Source: Neoconidiobolus thromboides FSU 785
Taxonomy: Eukaryota > Fungi > Entomophthoromycota
NCBI GenBank assembly: GCA_025603075.1
Contig: MU626311.1
Coordinates: 52,840-116,839, forward strand
Length of the DNA stretch: 64,000 bases
Direction: 5' to 3'
The notes beneath the pieces are model-generated. The model searched no databases, was not told the origin of the DNA, and was given only the letters and a program-made list of their open reading frames with translations. Positions 38,512 to 50,716 of the stretch are shown here, in pieces. The translations under genes and the position numbers were made by a program. The stretch's first letter is position 1. Each line of letters starts with the position of its first letter.

Positions 38512-38756
38512 ATTAAAATTACTTTAAAATACAAATATTATTAAATCATATATTACCAGCAATATTTTATAGAATGAATATACATGTCATTTTTTATGAT
38601 TTCATTATATTTTACTCATAATCACTCATTGCTCATATCAATTATCGCAGTAAATTAAAAATTACAAAACCAACTCATTGATTGGCTGGTTAACAATCCA
38701 AAAAAAAATCCTATAATATATAAAAGAGTACTTTTTAAAGTGTAGTACTTAAAAAA

Positions 38757-40844
38757 ATGGAAAAAGAAATCGAAAACATAGCCAAACAAGTAGAACAGAT
38801 TGTAGTAGAGTAAGCCAAGATTACATAATTAATAATATCATATTTAAAATGATGAACATTAGTGAAAATGGGGAGCCATTATCAAAAAAAGGGTTAAAAA
38901 AATTAGAAAAAGAGCGTGAAAAGCAGAAGAGAAAGGAGGAGGTAGCAGCCCGTTTAGCCGCTGAAAAAGCCGAAAGAGAGGCTAAAGATGTTGATTTTGC
39001 TACAGAAAATTATGGCAAGAGAGCACTTAATCAATCTCAAGAACGTACTAACGAACAAAGAATCGATATTCGTAAAATTGATGAGAGTTTGGTTGGAAGC
39101 TCTATTATTTTAAGAGCTCGTGTTCAAACTTCTCGTCTTGCAGGTAATACAGATATAAATACAAATATAAATATGAATTAAAAAATTTAAGGTGCTAAAA
39201 ATTGCTTCTTTGTCTTACGTCAATCTTTTTACACTGTACAAGGTGTTGTAACTATTGATTCAAGTAGTGTTAGCAAACAATTCCTTAAGTTTGCTGGAAA
39301 GTAAAATAGTTTATTACTTTAATTTATTTTCACTAATCATATTTTTATTTAGCATTCCACCTGAAAGTATTATTTTAGTTCATGGTGAAGTAGTAAAAGC
39401 TCCAGAACCAATCAAAAGTTGCACAGTTCAGTCAGTTGAGCTTAAAATTTTCAAAGTAATCAATGGTTATTATTCTTTTATTTTATTTTAATCATATATT
39501 ATAGCTTTTTACTCTTTCTGAATCTGTTGATCGTTTACCTTTTAGTATCGAAGATGCTTCACGTCCTGAGAAATATTTTAAAGATGTAAATATTTTATTT
39601 TTCATGTAACCTAATAATAAATAACTTAAATTTAGGCTGAAGCTTCAAATGCTGAAAATGAAGTTGAAGGTAGTGAGGTAAAAGTAAAATATAACTTAAA
39701 ATACATTAACTAAATAAAGTTCAAATAGAAACCTAAATATGTCAAAGTCAATTTAGATACTCGTCTTAATAACCGAGTAATGGATCTAAGAGTAAGAGAA
39801 TAATAAATAAATAACAATGGTAATAATAATAATCATGATTTAATTAGACGACAACAAATCAAGCTATCTTCCGTCTTCAATCTGGAATATCTAAAATATT
39901 CCGTGATTTCTTAACTGAGAGAGAATTTGTTGAAATTCATACCCCTAAAATTATGGGTGCAGCTAGTGAAGGGGGAGCTAATGTTTTTAAGTTAAATTAC
40001 TTTAAAACTAACGCCTTCTTAGCTCAATCCCCACAATTACACAAACAAATGTCCGTTTGTGCAGGATTTGAAAAAGTATTTGAAATTGGACCAGTATTTA
40101 GAGCAGAAGATTCTAATACCCATCGTCATATGACTGAATTTATTGGTATGGATTTAGAGATGGCGTTTGAAGAGCATTACCATGAAGTATTAGACTTATT
40201 TGATGATTTATTTGTTACTTTGTTTACCAAATTAAGTGAAACTTATAGTAAAGAACTTGAAGCAGTAAATCAACAATATCCATTTGAGCCATTTAAGTTT
40301 TTACCAAAAACATTAAGATTGAAGTTCCCAGAGGGAATTGCACTCTTAAAAGAAAATGGTATTGAGGTGGGTGAGTTGGATGATCTCAGGTAATTAAAAT
40401 TGAATACCTTTAGAGAAAAGGAAATCTAATTTTTTATTTTTTAGCACTGAAAACGAAAGAATATTAGGTAGATTAGTGCGTGAAAAATATGATACTGATT
40501 TCTTTATTTTGGATAAGTTCCCACTTAATATTAGACCATTTTACACTATGCCAGATCCAAATAATAAAGATTATTCAAACTCTTATGATTTCTTCATGAG
40601 GGGAGAAGAAATTATGTCAGGTGCTCAACGTATTCATGATTCTGAGTTTTTAATTCAAAGAGCTAAGGAATGTGGTGTTGATCCGATAACTATTCAACCT
40701 TACATTGATGCTTTTAAACTTGGCGCTCCTCCACATGCTGGTGGTGGTATTGGTTTAGAAAGAGTAGTAATGTTGTATCTTGGTTTAGGTAATATTCGTC
40801 GTACTTCGTTATTCCCTCGTGATCCACGTCGACTTGCACCTTAA
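38757..40844 (+). CDS. DPS1: Cytosolic aspartyl-tRNA synthetase, multi-exon
   Basis: [129 protein letters not shown]. Confidence 0.98.
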
Positions 40845-40894
40845 ATTTTTTATAAAAAAATAAAATACTAAGATTTATAAATGTATATAATTTA

Positions 40895-41575
40895 TTAAAA
40901 TTCAGAAAAGGGTGGGAAACTAGTTTTAATCATAGGAGGAGGGGAAGCCATGGAAATTAAAGAGCTATGGTTAGGCCCACTCCAATCTTGAATTAAAAAT
41001 TTAGGTTGTGAAGCTTCAAACTTAATTTCGATATCTTCGTTTGAGTTGATGGCATTGTTCTGTAGGTTTAATTTATTCAACTTATTAATTAAATCACTAG
41101 AAAAAGTCAATGTATTAGGGGCGTCTTCAGAACTAGAGAGCCAACCAGAAGGAGGTGAATTAGGCGGAGAAATTAAAAACAAACGTTCACTATTCATTAC
41201 GTTTAAATAGTTTTTTCGAAGGCTTTTGTTTAAAATGGGTTCTAATAAATAAACTTTAATTAAATAACTATCAAATTTTTGAAGATGATATTTTCTCTTG
41301 ATCTCTTTAGCTATGTCCCCATAGATCCTCTCTTCCTCCATCTCTTCCTCATCTTCCATTTCTTCAAATATTATTATTATCCTTCGTAACTTTTTTATTG
41401 GACAATAACTTTTAATTCTACCTTCTCTTTCAAGAATGATTTTTAGTTGGTCTAAATTTTCTTGCTGAAATAAGTTACTATCATCGCACGAAATAACAAT
41501 ACAATTTGTATTGATTGATTCTTCTTTTTTTTCTTGGTTGATAATTATCTTCGTTTCTGGATTCATTGTATTCAT
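40895..41575 (-). CDS. RCN1: Calcipressin (RCAN/Rcn1 calcineurin regulator), intronless
   Basis: Signature FLISPPNSPPSGW, N-terminal RRM-like region (PIKKLRRIIIIF), PxIxIT-like PKFLIQD and C-terminal KTSFPP. Confidence 0.9.
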   Translation of the reverse strand: MNTMNPETKIIINQEKKEESINTNCIVISCDDSNLFQQENLDQLKIILEREGRIKSYCPIKKLRRIIIIFEEMEDEEEMEEERIYGDIAKEIKRKYHLQKFDSYLIKVYLLEPILNKSLRKNYLNVMNSERLFLISPPNSPPSGWLSSSEDAPNTLTFSSDLINKLNKLNLQNNAINSNEDIEIKFEASQPKFLIQDWSGPNHSSLISMASPPPMIKTSFPPFSEF

Positions 41576-41747
41576 TGTTATTATATTGATAGTAAACTAT
41601 TTAAAAATTAATTTTTAGTTTATTTAAACCTATTTATACTTAAATTGCTTAGAAATTATGCTTATTATTTATTCAATAAAATGACTTATAAGTGAACAAA
41701 TTCATTTTTATTAGCTAAATCAAAGTTTATCATATCATCTAAAATAT

Positions 41748-42272
41748 CTACATATCACTACTGTGGCCAAACTTCCTACGGGTAAAACAAGTTTATCTTT
41801 GCTTTAGATTTGGCTTTTTATATGGATGAAGTTTACAGTTTTTATCCATCATGGTAAGAGCTTTCAAGTTTCACGAACTATCATCAACAGCTAATAGTCT
41901 TTGCATCTTATAGGTCACAGTATCATAACTAAGATTATCAAAAGATAGTAAAAGCTGTTTGAATTTGTCAGGTAAACAATGGAGATGACAACGTAAATCT
42001 ATATCTTTGGTTACTTTATAATCAAAGCATAGCCCATAAAATTTGAATAAAATAACCCAAAATTCTTTTTAGTTGTTCTTATAAATCTCAATTCATATAA
42101 CTTGATTTTTCATTATATAATGAAGTTTAAGGCCAGCTTTGTTTAAAAACCTTCGTTTAAAATCTTCAAAGGCATCAACTGGTATTTTGTTACGTTCGTT
42201 GATGTATTTTTCAAGCACCATTTCTTCGAGGTTTTGACGTGCAAGCAAGAGCTGATCGTTACTTTTTCTAGT
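41748..42272 (-). pseudogene. Decayed LTR-retrotransposon gag-like relic with broken CCHC zinc knuckle
   Basis: One frame with several stops: ...AFEDFKRRFL...LPDKFKQL...TCFTRRKFGHSSDM*. Exact C-X2-[C>R]-X4-H-X4-[C>stop] spacing at 41748-41789. Confidence 0.55.
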
Positions 42273-42591
42273 TTAATATTTTAAAAAATGATTCTAGTGC
42301 CATAAAATAAAATTTGACTTCTCAGATATTAATTGTGTTCAAAACCCTTTCCTCTCAGCTAACATTTCTTGTAAGTCGAACAGATAATTTTTCAGAGATG
42401 TACATAGCTATTGAAATTTTTTTAGGAAAAAAGGGTCTAAATGAAGTTTCAATAAGTTTTTTGACACTGAGATTAAAAAGTTTTAGAATTGGTAAATTAA
42501 AGAATTTAATCATAGTTACATAAATATTAAGGTTTAAAAGTGATATTAAAAAATGGAAATAAAAGGTTAATATTTCAATATGTCTTCCTTT

Positions 42592-42728
42592 CACTGGGAG
42601 AGGTCTCAGTCGTTACTCCCGAAATTTGATTTAGTAAAACACGAAAATTTAGTTTATTTAAAAAAATCGTGTTTTACTAAAACAAATCAAATTTTGAGAG
42701 TAGTTCTACCTGAAATCTCTCTCTAGTA
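42592..42728. mobile_element. Imperfect ~137-bp foldback element (second putative MITE family)
   Basis: Arms of ~55-60 bp include ttagtaaaacacga/tcgtgttttactaa and aaatttgattt/aaatcaaattt; termini CACTG... and ...TAGTA. Confidence 0.55.
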
Positions 42729-44109
42729 TTATTATTAACTTGAAAGTAAAACTTCAAATGTCGAGATCAAGCTATAATATTAAACAGTTCATAAATGTTC
42801 CTTATTTATGTTTAATAAATTCTTAAATTTACTTTAGGGAAGACTAATAATCAAGATTTTATAGTTTTAAAAATTGTTGTTTCTATCATTAATAAAACAT
42901 TATAGGGATTTATACTCTTTCAAGATTTAAAGAAACTTGGCAATTTAAATTAAGAAATGTAGCCTCCCTTTCCATACATTGTAAACAAACCGTGAAATTA
43001 AACCCTTAAGAAGTGTATAGCGTAGAAAGTATTAAGCTACATAATTTCAGTTAAAAGGAAGCAAAAAGGTAATATAGTTTCAATGATATTCTACAAAAAT
43101 ATATAGAGTAGAAAATTTCTGACGAAAATATTATAGTTTTATCTGAAATCATTTTAGTTCTCATCACTATTTAACAATTCGTTTACTTGTGTTAACTATT
43201 GGTACAAATTTTTGCAATGCTATTTAAATTAGTCACTTTTTTGCCAGTAATTTAAAACCGAAAATGCTGTGCTTACTAACAAATATAAACAATGGTAAAA
43301 TTTTATTCATTGTGTAATTAAATTTAAAAGCAGTAACTTGATAAATCGTAGAAGCTAGAATTGCTATAATAATTTTATAAATTTATCAGGCTTTTCATAC
43401 TTAACAGCTTTCTGAGAACATTGTGTGTTGAAACTTTAAGGTGGCATTTATAAACAATCTCTGATATCAATCATTGGGTTTTCAAAACGATATAACAACT
43501 TTTAGTATAAATATCCCAAATTTTAGTCTATCAAATTTATATTTATGTGAAAAGTATTTAAAAGTCTATAGTCTATACTAAATGTTAATTTTTTTCACTT
43601 TTGATCTATTTTAGTAAATGAAATTGAAATGAATTTTGCTATAGTAACTTTATTTAATAAGATAACGTTCGAAAGTTGTCTATGGGACACCAAAATAGTT
43701 TAATCTTACTTGTATCAACTAGGTTAGTAGGACAACAACAAACCAATATTTATGGTTTGTATCTTAAAAAGACTAAAAGCTCTTGATGAAGGTATTCATG
43801 ATAACATAGCTAATACTAGAAGACAAATATGATCACAATGCTTTCATATTTTTGATTCAGATAGTTCCACAAGCTTAATTCACAAAATTATAAAATAAAC
43901 AAGCAATATCAATATTAAATTGAGTCTATTTCATTTCTCAAGTAATAGCTTTTCGCTACCCATCTGAAAATGGTCTTATATTAATATCTTTAAGCTATTG
44001 TTGATTGATTGGTATACAATAAATGTTTGGGTCTATACTAAATAATTTTAAATACATAAACTAAAATAAAAAAAATTAAATGAAGAACAACATTTATTGT
44101 AAAATAACA

Positions 44110-45534
44110 TTATTTGGCGTTATGAATCCAATTAGTAACCTTATTTTTTATGAATTGTTTAGTACTCTGGACACTTTCTGAATCATAAAAATGGATTTGA
44201 TCCATATCCGAAACGTGGGAAGCCCCTTTAATTTCGATTATATAGGAATCACTATTTACTTGTTGCATTAAGTTATTTCGAACGTTCATTAATTTCGTGA
44301 CATCAGGTAATAAAGATAGTTTATTCCATGGGTCTAACTCACCGTTTGTTAAGATTATATTTGTAAAATTAGCATTCTTGCTTAACTCATTTATATTTTT
44401 ATTGTTTATAAATGAATATTGTTGATTATAAGCGTTAATATTACCAAATAAATCAAAAGGTTTATCCTTAAATACATTTTTACAATAAAATTCATTAAAC
44501 CATTCTTTAGTTAAGTAGATTGAACGTAATGAAGTTTGATTTGAGGGTGCTGTTTGCCAGTAACCAAATTCATTACAAGATTGATATATCCACTGTCTAA
44601 AATACGATTTGGGATTTATAGTAGTGTTTGTCAAATCCTGGTAATTGCTAAAGTCATAACACGATTGATTTTGATCTTCTAAAAATAAATTCAACTGTCT
44701 AATGTATTCCATTAGTAATAACTGAATATCATTTATAGGTGCCTTATTTAAACTACTACAAAAGGAATCAATACTTGGTAAATGGTCGTTTGAGTTATAT
44801 TGTATAATTGTAGCTAATATATCTGAAATTGTATATAAAAACAATAAGTTGTCTTTTATTGGACTACAATTTAGTTTCGTTTTAATATTTTCTAATTCAT
44901 CACTATTCTTTTGGTATAATTCATCTAAATGTTGTCTTATTTTTATTAGTTTATCATTACATCCTTGATTGTTTAATGCCTTTGAAATGCCCTGATCATA
45001 TTCATAAAAATCCTCTTTTAAAGTTAATGGTGGGCTTGAAGCAAATATAGCCAAGTAATCTTGATCAAAGTTGAGTTTAGACCAGACAGCCAAATTAGCA
45101 GAATAACTACCTCCAGTCAAAATAAAATGGTTTATATTATATTTGTTTTTCAAATAATTTTTAAAATCTAATATATCATATAACATTTGCTTGCTCGATA
45201 AATAAGCTAAATTTTTGGTTTCAAATGTTGGATAAGGTTGACTTTTTCCATAATACCGATGCTCTAAAGCTGCTAATAAACCCCCAGTCTCTTTAATAAT
45301 TGAATAAAATAACCCATTTTTAACTCGACTTTCTTTTAATTCATTTTCACCACCAATGTAAATAACCCCAACATTGTTTTCCTTGTTCTTATTAAAATAA
45401 TCTTTATTGATAAAATACCTTTGTTGAAAAGTTAAGCTAGTTAAATTAAAGTGATCAATTTTTTGTTCAAAATAGCTTTCTTTACATTGTATTAAACTGA
45501 TTATAGACAATAGTATTAATATTATTAATCTCAT
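44110..45534 (-). CDS. Secreted serine peptidase, family S28 (prolyl carboxypeptidase-like), intronless
   Basis: Signal peptide; YFEQKIDHFN, FQQRYFIN, GGENE, LEHRYYGKSQP, GGSYSANLAVW (Ser), WIYQSCNEFGYWQT, NGELDPW (Asp), ASHVSDM (His). Confidence 0.93.
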   Translation of the reverse strand: MRLIILILLSIISLIQCKESYFEQKIDHFNLTSLTFQQRYFINKDYFNKNKENNVGVIYIGGENELKESRVKNGLFYSIIKETGGLLAALEHRYYGKSQPYPTFETKNLAYLSSKQMLYDILDFKNYLKNKYNINHFILTGGSYSANLAVWSKLNFDQDYLAIFASSPPLTLKEDFYEYDQGISKALNNQGCNDKLIKIRQHLDELYQKNSDELENIKTKLNCSPIKDNLLFLYTISDILATIIQYNSNDHLPSIDSFCSSLNKAPINDIQLLLMEYIRQLNLFLEDQNQSCYDFSNYQDLTNTTINPKSYFRQWIYQSCNEFGYWQTAPSNQTSLRSIYLTKEWFNEFYCKNVFKDKPFDLFGNINAYNQQYSFINNKNINELSKNANFTNIILTNGELDPWNKLSLLPDVTKLMNVRNNLMQQVNSDSYIIEIKGASHVSDMDQIHFYDSESVQSTKQFIKNKVTNWIHNAK

Positions 45535-46501
45535 TTCTTACTATCGTTATTGTAATTATATTGGAATGTTATCAACTATAAAACTATATTTCAATCGTTA
45601 TTGAATAGGACTAAACTTGGTTTTATTACTACTTTTTACTTTAATAATCTTCGAAATTTTATTTGATATACCAATAAGTGATTATATTCTAAAGTTTATC
45701 TGCGTGAGATTCTCGCCACAAAGTCAATCTTACTTTTTTACTTATATAGAAATAAAGCAAAGTAAAATAGAAAGGAGGTATTGATAATTCTTCTTCTCGT
45801 TTGTCTGTTGTTTATATAGCATAGCTATTTTATACAATCAATTGATTATTATTGTAATATTAAATATTTATTAAAAGAGTATTGAAATTAATTATTTTTT
45901 ATTGCTTTTAATAACTTTATTTCTAATTTTTATATACTTTAAATTAAAATTCCAATTTTTAATCAAAACAAATTCAAATTTAATACTTTTAAATCAAACA
46001 GATCAATTTGAATGAGAAAATAAATTAAAACTTTAATCAGACTAATCTAGAATTTAAATGAATGTAAATTATTATCAATTCAAATCAAATTATTGATATT
46101 ATTGTAAGATAATATTGACACTTAATTACATTTTAAATCTTAACTATGCTAGCATGTCTACTTAAAAATTTGTTTATATATTATAAGTATAGTTTATTTT
46201 CCTAAAATTATCAGCAGCACAATTTCGTATATTTAATTGGCTGGTAATTACTTATATTAATTTATAGACGTTAGCATAAATATGCCTCATATTTAATATA
46301 CGAAAATAACACATTTAAGTTATCATTTTTTATCCTAGATTCTATAGGAGCTACAATTTTTTAAAATATAGCACAGAATAGGAGATAAATATAAAGCTCT
46401 TAGATATTAATGAATCTAATAAATAAAAGTTGATCTATATTTAACATCATAACCATAAAAGTTCGAAAATCCTTACATTGAAATGTAAATAGGAATAATG
46501 T

Positions 46502-46734
46502 CTTTTGAATCCGTGAAGATAGTTGATAAAAGGGAGAATCTGCCCAAAGTTACTGGTAAATTTAAACGTGAGGATGTTTTTTTTACTTCATTACTTTTTC
46601 CATCTTTTAAGCACTATTTGAGCAGAAAAATCGTTAGCAAAATTCCTAGACACAAGAATATATCACCACACATTAAATTAGAATAATTTTGGGCAGATTC
46701 TCCCTTTTATCAACTATCTTCACGGATTCAAAAG
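46502..46734. repeat. Perfect 47-bp inverted repeat enclosing a decayed MITE copy
   Basis: 46502-46548 cttttgaatccgtgaagatagttgataaaagggagaatctgcccaaa is the exact reverse complement of 46688-46734. Confidence 0.95.
46566..46671 (+). mobile_element. ~98-bp MITE copy, decayed, in the loop of the 47-bp inverted repeat
   Basis: acgt|GAGGATGTTTTTTTTACTTCATTACTTTTTCCATCTTTTAAGCACTATTTGAGCAG...AGAATATATCACC|acac. Confidence 0.85.
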
Positions 46735-46944
46735 CAAATTAAAAGGAAAATAAAATTGGAATTCTTAAGGTTTCAATCTTGTATATTATGCATTTGCTTC
46801 AACTTTCACTTTCAATGAATAAAATTGGAAACTTTCAGTTGACCAATAATATGCTTACCACAAAGTGACTTTAGAATTTTAAATTGATAGAAACAATAGC
46901 AAATTCAATCAACTTTTTGTTTAATAAAAAATAAAAAAAGAGAG

Positions 46945-47452
46945 ATGGAAAACTTTGAAGAGTTTGGTAATCGAGTATATGAATTATTTCAATTATCAGG
47001 AGATAAGGTAAGTTAATTTCAAAGCAAAAAGCGATTTTAATAGTTGATTTTTGATTAGTTTCGATTTACTTATAAATATCGTCATTGTGATGGTAAAATG
47101 GTTATGAAAGCAACAGACGATACAATAGTAAGAATTTAAAACAGTTTGAAAAATCTTTATATTAATTGAATTAAAATAGACTATGTTATATGAAACAGAT
47201 CAATTACAAGATATTAAAAAAATGGAAAAGTTAAACCGTAATTTAATATTTAATATATTAGACGCTCCTATACCTGAATTGCCGGAAATAAGTAAGTATT
47301 TTTTAGTTCTTTGAGATTAATTTTTATATTTGTTTTTATTAGCACCTCCTATAGCTACTACTGTTAATACTAATACAGCAACAAGCAACAATAAAAATAA
47401 TAAAGAAAAAGAAACAAGTAAAAAGAAAAATAAAAAGAAAGGAAAGAAATAA
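46945..47452 (+). CDS. SRP9: Signal recognition particle SRP9/SRP21, 4 exons (46945-47007, 47059-47127, 47180-47291, 47343-47452), 117 aa; not in the ORF track
   Basis: Spliced product MENFEEF...LF...KFRFTYKYRHCDGKMVMKATDD...YETDQLQDIKKMEKLN, with a basic KKKNKKKGKK tail. Exons total 354 nt. Confidence 0.93.
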
Positions 47453-47535
47453 GTCATATAAATAAAGATTTCATTTATAACAGATAGATTTAAATTTTAT
47501 TATTACTATTATTATTTTTTATTGTAAATAATAAA

Positions 47536-48554
47536 TTAAATACGTATTTGATTAGGATTCAATTGCTGAATAAAGTGAATGAAATCAAAGTTCATAGCAC
47601 AAGTTTGACTACAAAATTTTAAAGAAAAAGGATACGATAAACCTGGTTTACAAAAAGATAGAAATAAAATAGCTTCATAATTACAAAAATAAATGGAATT
47701 TAAACAAAAGGAACAAGTATATACAATTAAATTATCAAACCAAGATTGTAATTTTTCGGGTATTTTTTTGTTCATTGTTTTGAACTTGTTGTTCTGTAAT
47801 AGATTTGACTGTCTTAATATAATTTCTTGGAATTTTAGCCCATTTTCGCCATATCTTTTCCAGTACCATTTTTTATCTTTAGTTTTTTTAGTCTCAAATA
47901 ACGGATTTGGTACCCCAATAAATATCTCCAATTTCTTTAATTCTAATAATGAGATTGGGAAGGATTGCTAAAATAAATATATTAATATATAAACAAATGA
48001 AACAAACACTCAATAAAATAAATTTACTTACAATCATATTTGAACTCAAAGACAATTCTACTAAATTAGTCAATTGACTTAATTGTGGTGGAACAAAGCG
48101 AATGAAATTGCCTTCTGAAATAAAATCAATAACCATTTTCAATAAAAATTAGTTCCATCCTTACTTAATATTAAAACTGTTAAATTATCTAAATTCAATA
48201 CACTTTTTGGAAATTGTAATAATTGGTTATTAATTAAAAATAGTTTAATCTCTCTTATTATACCACAAGTGGGACTATACCAAACAATATGTTTTAAATC
48301 ACTCATTTCTTTAGGTAAATGAAAGAGGAAAAGATTACTAAGAAAAATCATATTTATTTTTTATAATATTATGAGTTTCAAATAGAAATTACCTCAATTC
48401 AATTATTCCATCAGTCGTATTAATTGCTTCTGCTATTATATCTCGTGCAGTTTGCTGATCTTGTGCTTTTTTGACTCTATTTTTTTGAAATTTTAATTCA
48501 ATTTTTTTTATTAAATTATAAAACTTACCTAGTTCGACTTAAAAATAAACTCAT
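47536..48554 (-). CDS. Small LRR protein with Cys-rich C-terminus (LRRC58-like), 5 exons
   Basis: LRRs: LFLINNQLLQFPKSVLNLDNL, GNFIRFVPPQLSQLTNLVELSLSSNMI, FPISLLELKKL...NPL. C-terminus: CSFC..IYF...ILFLSFC...P....FCSQTC. All splice phases are consistent. Confidence 0.7.
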
Positions 48555-48791
48555 TTTCTCTCTTTTTTGGTTAATAAATAATAATAAAAAATAATATATA
48601 ATAAATAAATAAAAACAATCAAACTCAAATTCAAAAAATTCAAAATTATCTTTTCATGTTTACTTTTTTTATATGATTCAAATCTTATATTTAATTTGTT
48701 TAAAATGTTAAATATCCTAAATTTCCTTTTTTGAATTCTAAAATCTTTAAATCAATTTGAAATTCAAAGATTTCTTCTTTTTTAATTGAAA

Positions 48792-50624
48792 ATGTTACGA
48801 AGTTTACTGTCCAAAAATAAAACAACAATATTTCATTTTACAAATAAAAGATATTTATCCACAAATGAAGGTAATATTGAAATAATATTAATTATAGGAT
48901 GTTAATGTATTTTGTTTTTAGCTAATACAAGTTTAAAGCAAATCTTTTATTCCAATAAAGTACAGAATCATTTAAAAAAAATGGAAGCAAAGTATGTTCA
49001 TTTAGTTGATCTATTTAATAACAAGGTAAATTCGTTTTTTCGATTCGTTTAATATTCGTAGAATCTATTTTAATAAAGTAAAAATATTAATAATTTAGGT
49101 CCAAGAATTAGATTCGACTTCTTTAGCTAAGTTATCAAGTGATATATCGCATTTAGAAACAATAGTAGAAAGTTATCAAACTTTAAAAGAACAACAAAAG
49201 GTAAATTTATACTCAATTAATAATGACTAATAAACAATCATTCAAGGAATATGAAGCATTAGAAGAAATGAATTTAAATGAAATGAAAGAAGAAGAAAAA
49301 GAAATGAAATTATTAATTTTAGAAGAAAAAAAAACAATATTAGAAAATATTCAACAAAATGAAAATTTATTATTAAACTTATTAATACCAAAAGATAATA
49401 GTGATGCTTGTTCAGCTATCTTAGAAATTCGTGCTGGTAAGTTGGAGTTTGTTTTTTAATATATTGAATTTATTGATTGGCTTTATATATAGGCACTGGT
49501 GGTGATGAAGCTGCCTTATTTTCAGAAAATTTATTAACTATGTATCAAAAATACTGTCAATTAAAACGTTGGAAATTTGAAATATTAAATTGTACTAAAT
49601 TAGAAAATAAATCCGGTTATAAAGTAATCAACTGTTAATTAATTATTTAAATAATAGATTGTTAATATAAATTGTTTTTCTAGGAAGTCTTAGCTGAAAT
49701 AAAAGGTAAATTTATTGTTTTATTGTTATTACTATTATTATAGAATTGTAATTTATAATTATATAAAATAGGTTTAGATGTATTTGGTCAATTAAAATAT
49801 GAATCTGGAGTCCATAGGTAATTATGATAATAAAAGCGATTATCAATAAAAAATTTAAAAAATGAAAAAAAAAGAGTACAAAGAATACCAGTTACTGAAA
49901 GTCAAGGGAGAGTACATACAAGTACAGCAACAGTAGCTATTATGCCTCAAGTCACTGAAGTAGAAGTAGATATTAAAGAGAAAGATTTGAAAATTGAATT
50001 ATATAGAGCCTCAGGAGCAGGTGGACAACATGTTAATACAACAGATAGTGCTGTGAGAATGACGCATATTCCTACTGGTGTTGTGGTTGCTATGCAAGAT
50101 GAAAGATCTCAACATAAAGTAAGTTTTTTTAAATTGAATTTTTTTAATGAGTTTTAATATTTTTATTAAATTTAAATTAGAATAAAGCTAAAGCATTAAA
50201 AGTATTAAGAGCAAGAATCTTTGAAATTGAGAGAGAGAAGAAAGAACAAGATAGAAGAAAACAAAGGAATTTACAAGTAATTTTTTATAGATATTAATAT
50301 TAGTTAAAAATATTCAATATAATTCAATTTGTTTATTATTATTTAGATTGGTTCAGGTACTCGATCTGAAAAAATACGAACTTATAATTTCCCACAAGTA
50401 AATTAATTAATTATTAAATTTATAATATTGTATATTAATTAATATATTAACAATCATTTAAAAATATATAGAATAGAGTAACAGATCATCGCATTCAATT
50501 TACAATTCATGATTTAGAATCCGTATTAAATGATGCACAAGGTTTAAATTTAATATTGAATCAACTAACATTTTATAATAATTTAAATCAATTATCATTA
50601 TTAAATGATTTAGATGAAAAATAA
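48792..50624 (+). CDS. MRF1: Mitochondrial peptide chain release factor 1, many short exons
   Basis: [47 protein letters not shown] (PxT motif), [18 protein letters not shown] (GGQ), [19 protein letters not shown]. Confidence 0.95.
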
Positions 50625-50667
50625 AAATAAAATAAATAATAAAAATAAAATAGAATTAAATAAATTA

Positions 50668-50710
50668 TTATATTATATATTATATATTATATATTATATA
50701 TTATATATTA
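50668..50710. repeat. (TTATATA)n tandem repeat between the convergent MRF1 and metallopeptidase 3' ends
   Basis: About 6 tandem heptamer units. Confidence 0.85.
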
Positions 50711-50716
50711 CATTAT

